Positions 63,789 through 64,000 of a stretch of 64,000 nucleotides of DNA are shown here, one piece after another (the first letter of the stretch is position 1; the number at the start of each line of letters is the position of its first letter). Both the position numbers and the translations under genes were made by a program. The stretch covers positions 576,001 to 640,000 of the forward strand of contig JBPOGI010000001.1 in assembly GCA_051251855.1 (NCBI GenBank), read 5' to 3'. The notes below the pieces were generated by a model. That model was not told the DNA's origin. It made no database searches and saw only the letters and a list, made by a program, of their open reading frames with translations. Source of the stretch: Roseibacillus sp. (GTDB lineage Bacteria > Verrucomicrobiota > Verrucomicrobiia > Verrucomicrobiales > Akkermansiaceae).

Positions 63789-64000
63789 GGGAGTCTGCCG
63801 ATGGATTCGGTGGGGCCGCTTTCCATGGCTTCCAATGTGGAAGCTAGTTCTTCTCCGGTCGTGGGTTGTTTATGGACGTAGCTAAGACCTTCGTCGTCGT
63901 CGCGCTTGAAGATTGAGGGTGCTTGTTCGGGGCAGAGTCCGCAATCAAGGCAACTGATAGCTTCGACATGATGGTTCAACTGGTTGAATTGGGAGTGGGG
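63785..64000 (-). CDS. Ferredoxin-like ORF (CxxCxxC), possibly degenerate; 5' end uncertain and the frame is open to the window end
   Basis: CLDCGLCPEQAP..F...SYVHKQP....EAMESGPTESIG; the expected fourth Cys (CP) is GP. Confidence 0.55.
   Translation of the reverse strand, partial: PHSQFNQLNHHVEAISCLDCGLCPEQAPSIFKRDDDEGLSYVHKQPTTGEELASTLEAMESGPTESIGRLP

Noticed and set aside
1..64000. CRISPR arrays, tRNA/rRNA, transposases, prophage or defence genes
   Set aside because: No regularly spaced repeats, cloverleafs or such protein motifs were recognised by eye. Small ncRNAs cannot be excluded without an Rfam/Infernal search.

Overview
Chromosomal window from a PVC-superphylum bacterium, most likely Verrucomicrobiota. 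This is inferred from PEP-CTERM, PVC-type heme-c dehydrogenase, SHD1, sulfatase and DUF1080 proteins. Housekeeping genes (bioF, mqo, grpE-dnaJ-rsmE, trmD, dnaB, cdaA, bioD, rplS, panD, secG, a TetR-RND efflux operon) are interleaved with secreted-protein loci. Two systems stand out. (1) 52340-62241 is a translationally coupled two-gene operon. It encodes an MbnP-MbnH-like fusion followed by a 2731-aa secreted protein that joins a copper-radical (galactose-oxidase/AA5-type) oxidase, with all catalytic residues present, to a di-heme peroxidase-family domain and several carbohydrate-binding modules. (2) 11045-22635 is a putative beta-glucan-response locus. Four separate minus-strand genes (PEP-CTERM protein, 1094-aa Ca-repeat protein, CRTAC1/FG-GAP protein, GH3 exo-glucanase) each carry the same palindromic box, TCCCTC-N4-GAGGGG, 60-90 bp upstream, and they surround a NarL-type two-component pair. 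Also seen: a shared C-terminal 'SxDLxxW...F(Y/F/L)R' module on four secreted proteins, several probable leaderless promoters, a mini-CdaR and a PsrA-like operator. I recognised no rRNA, tRNA, CRISPR array or transposase. All calls come from motif recognition by eye; no database searches were run.
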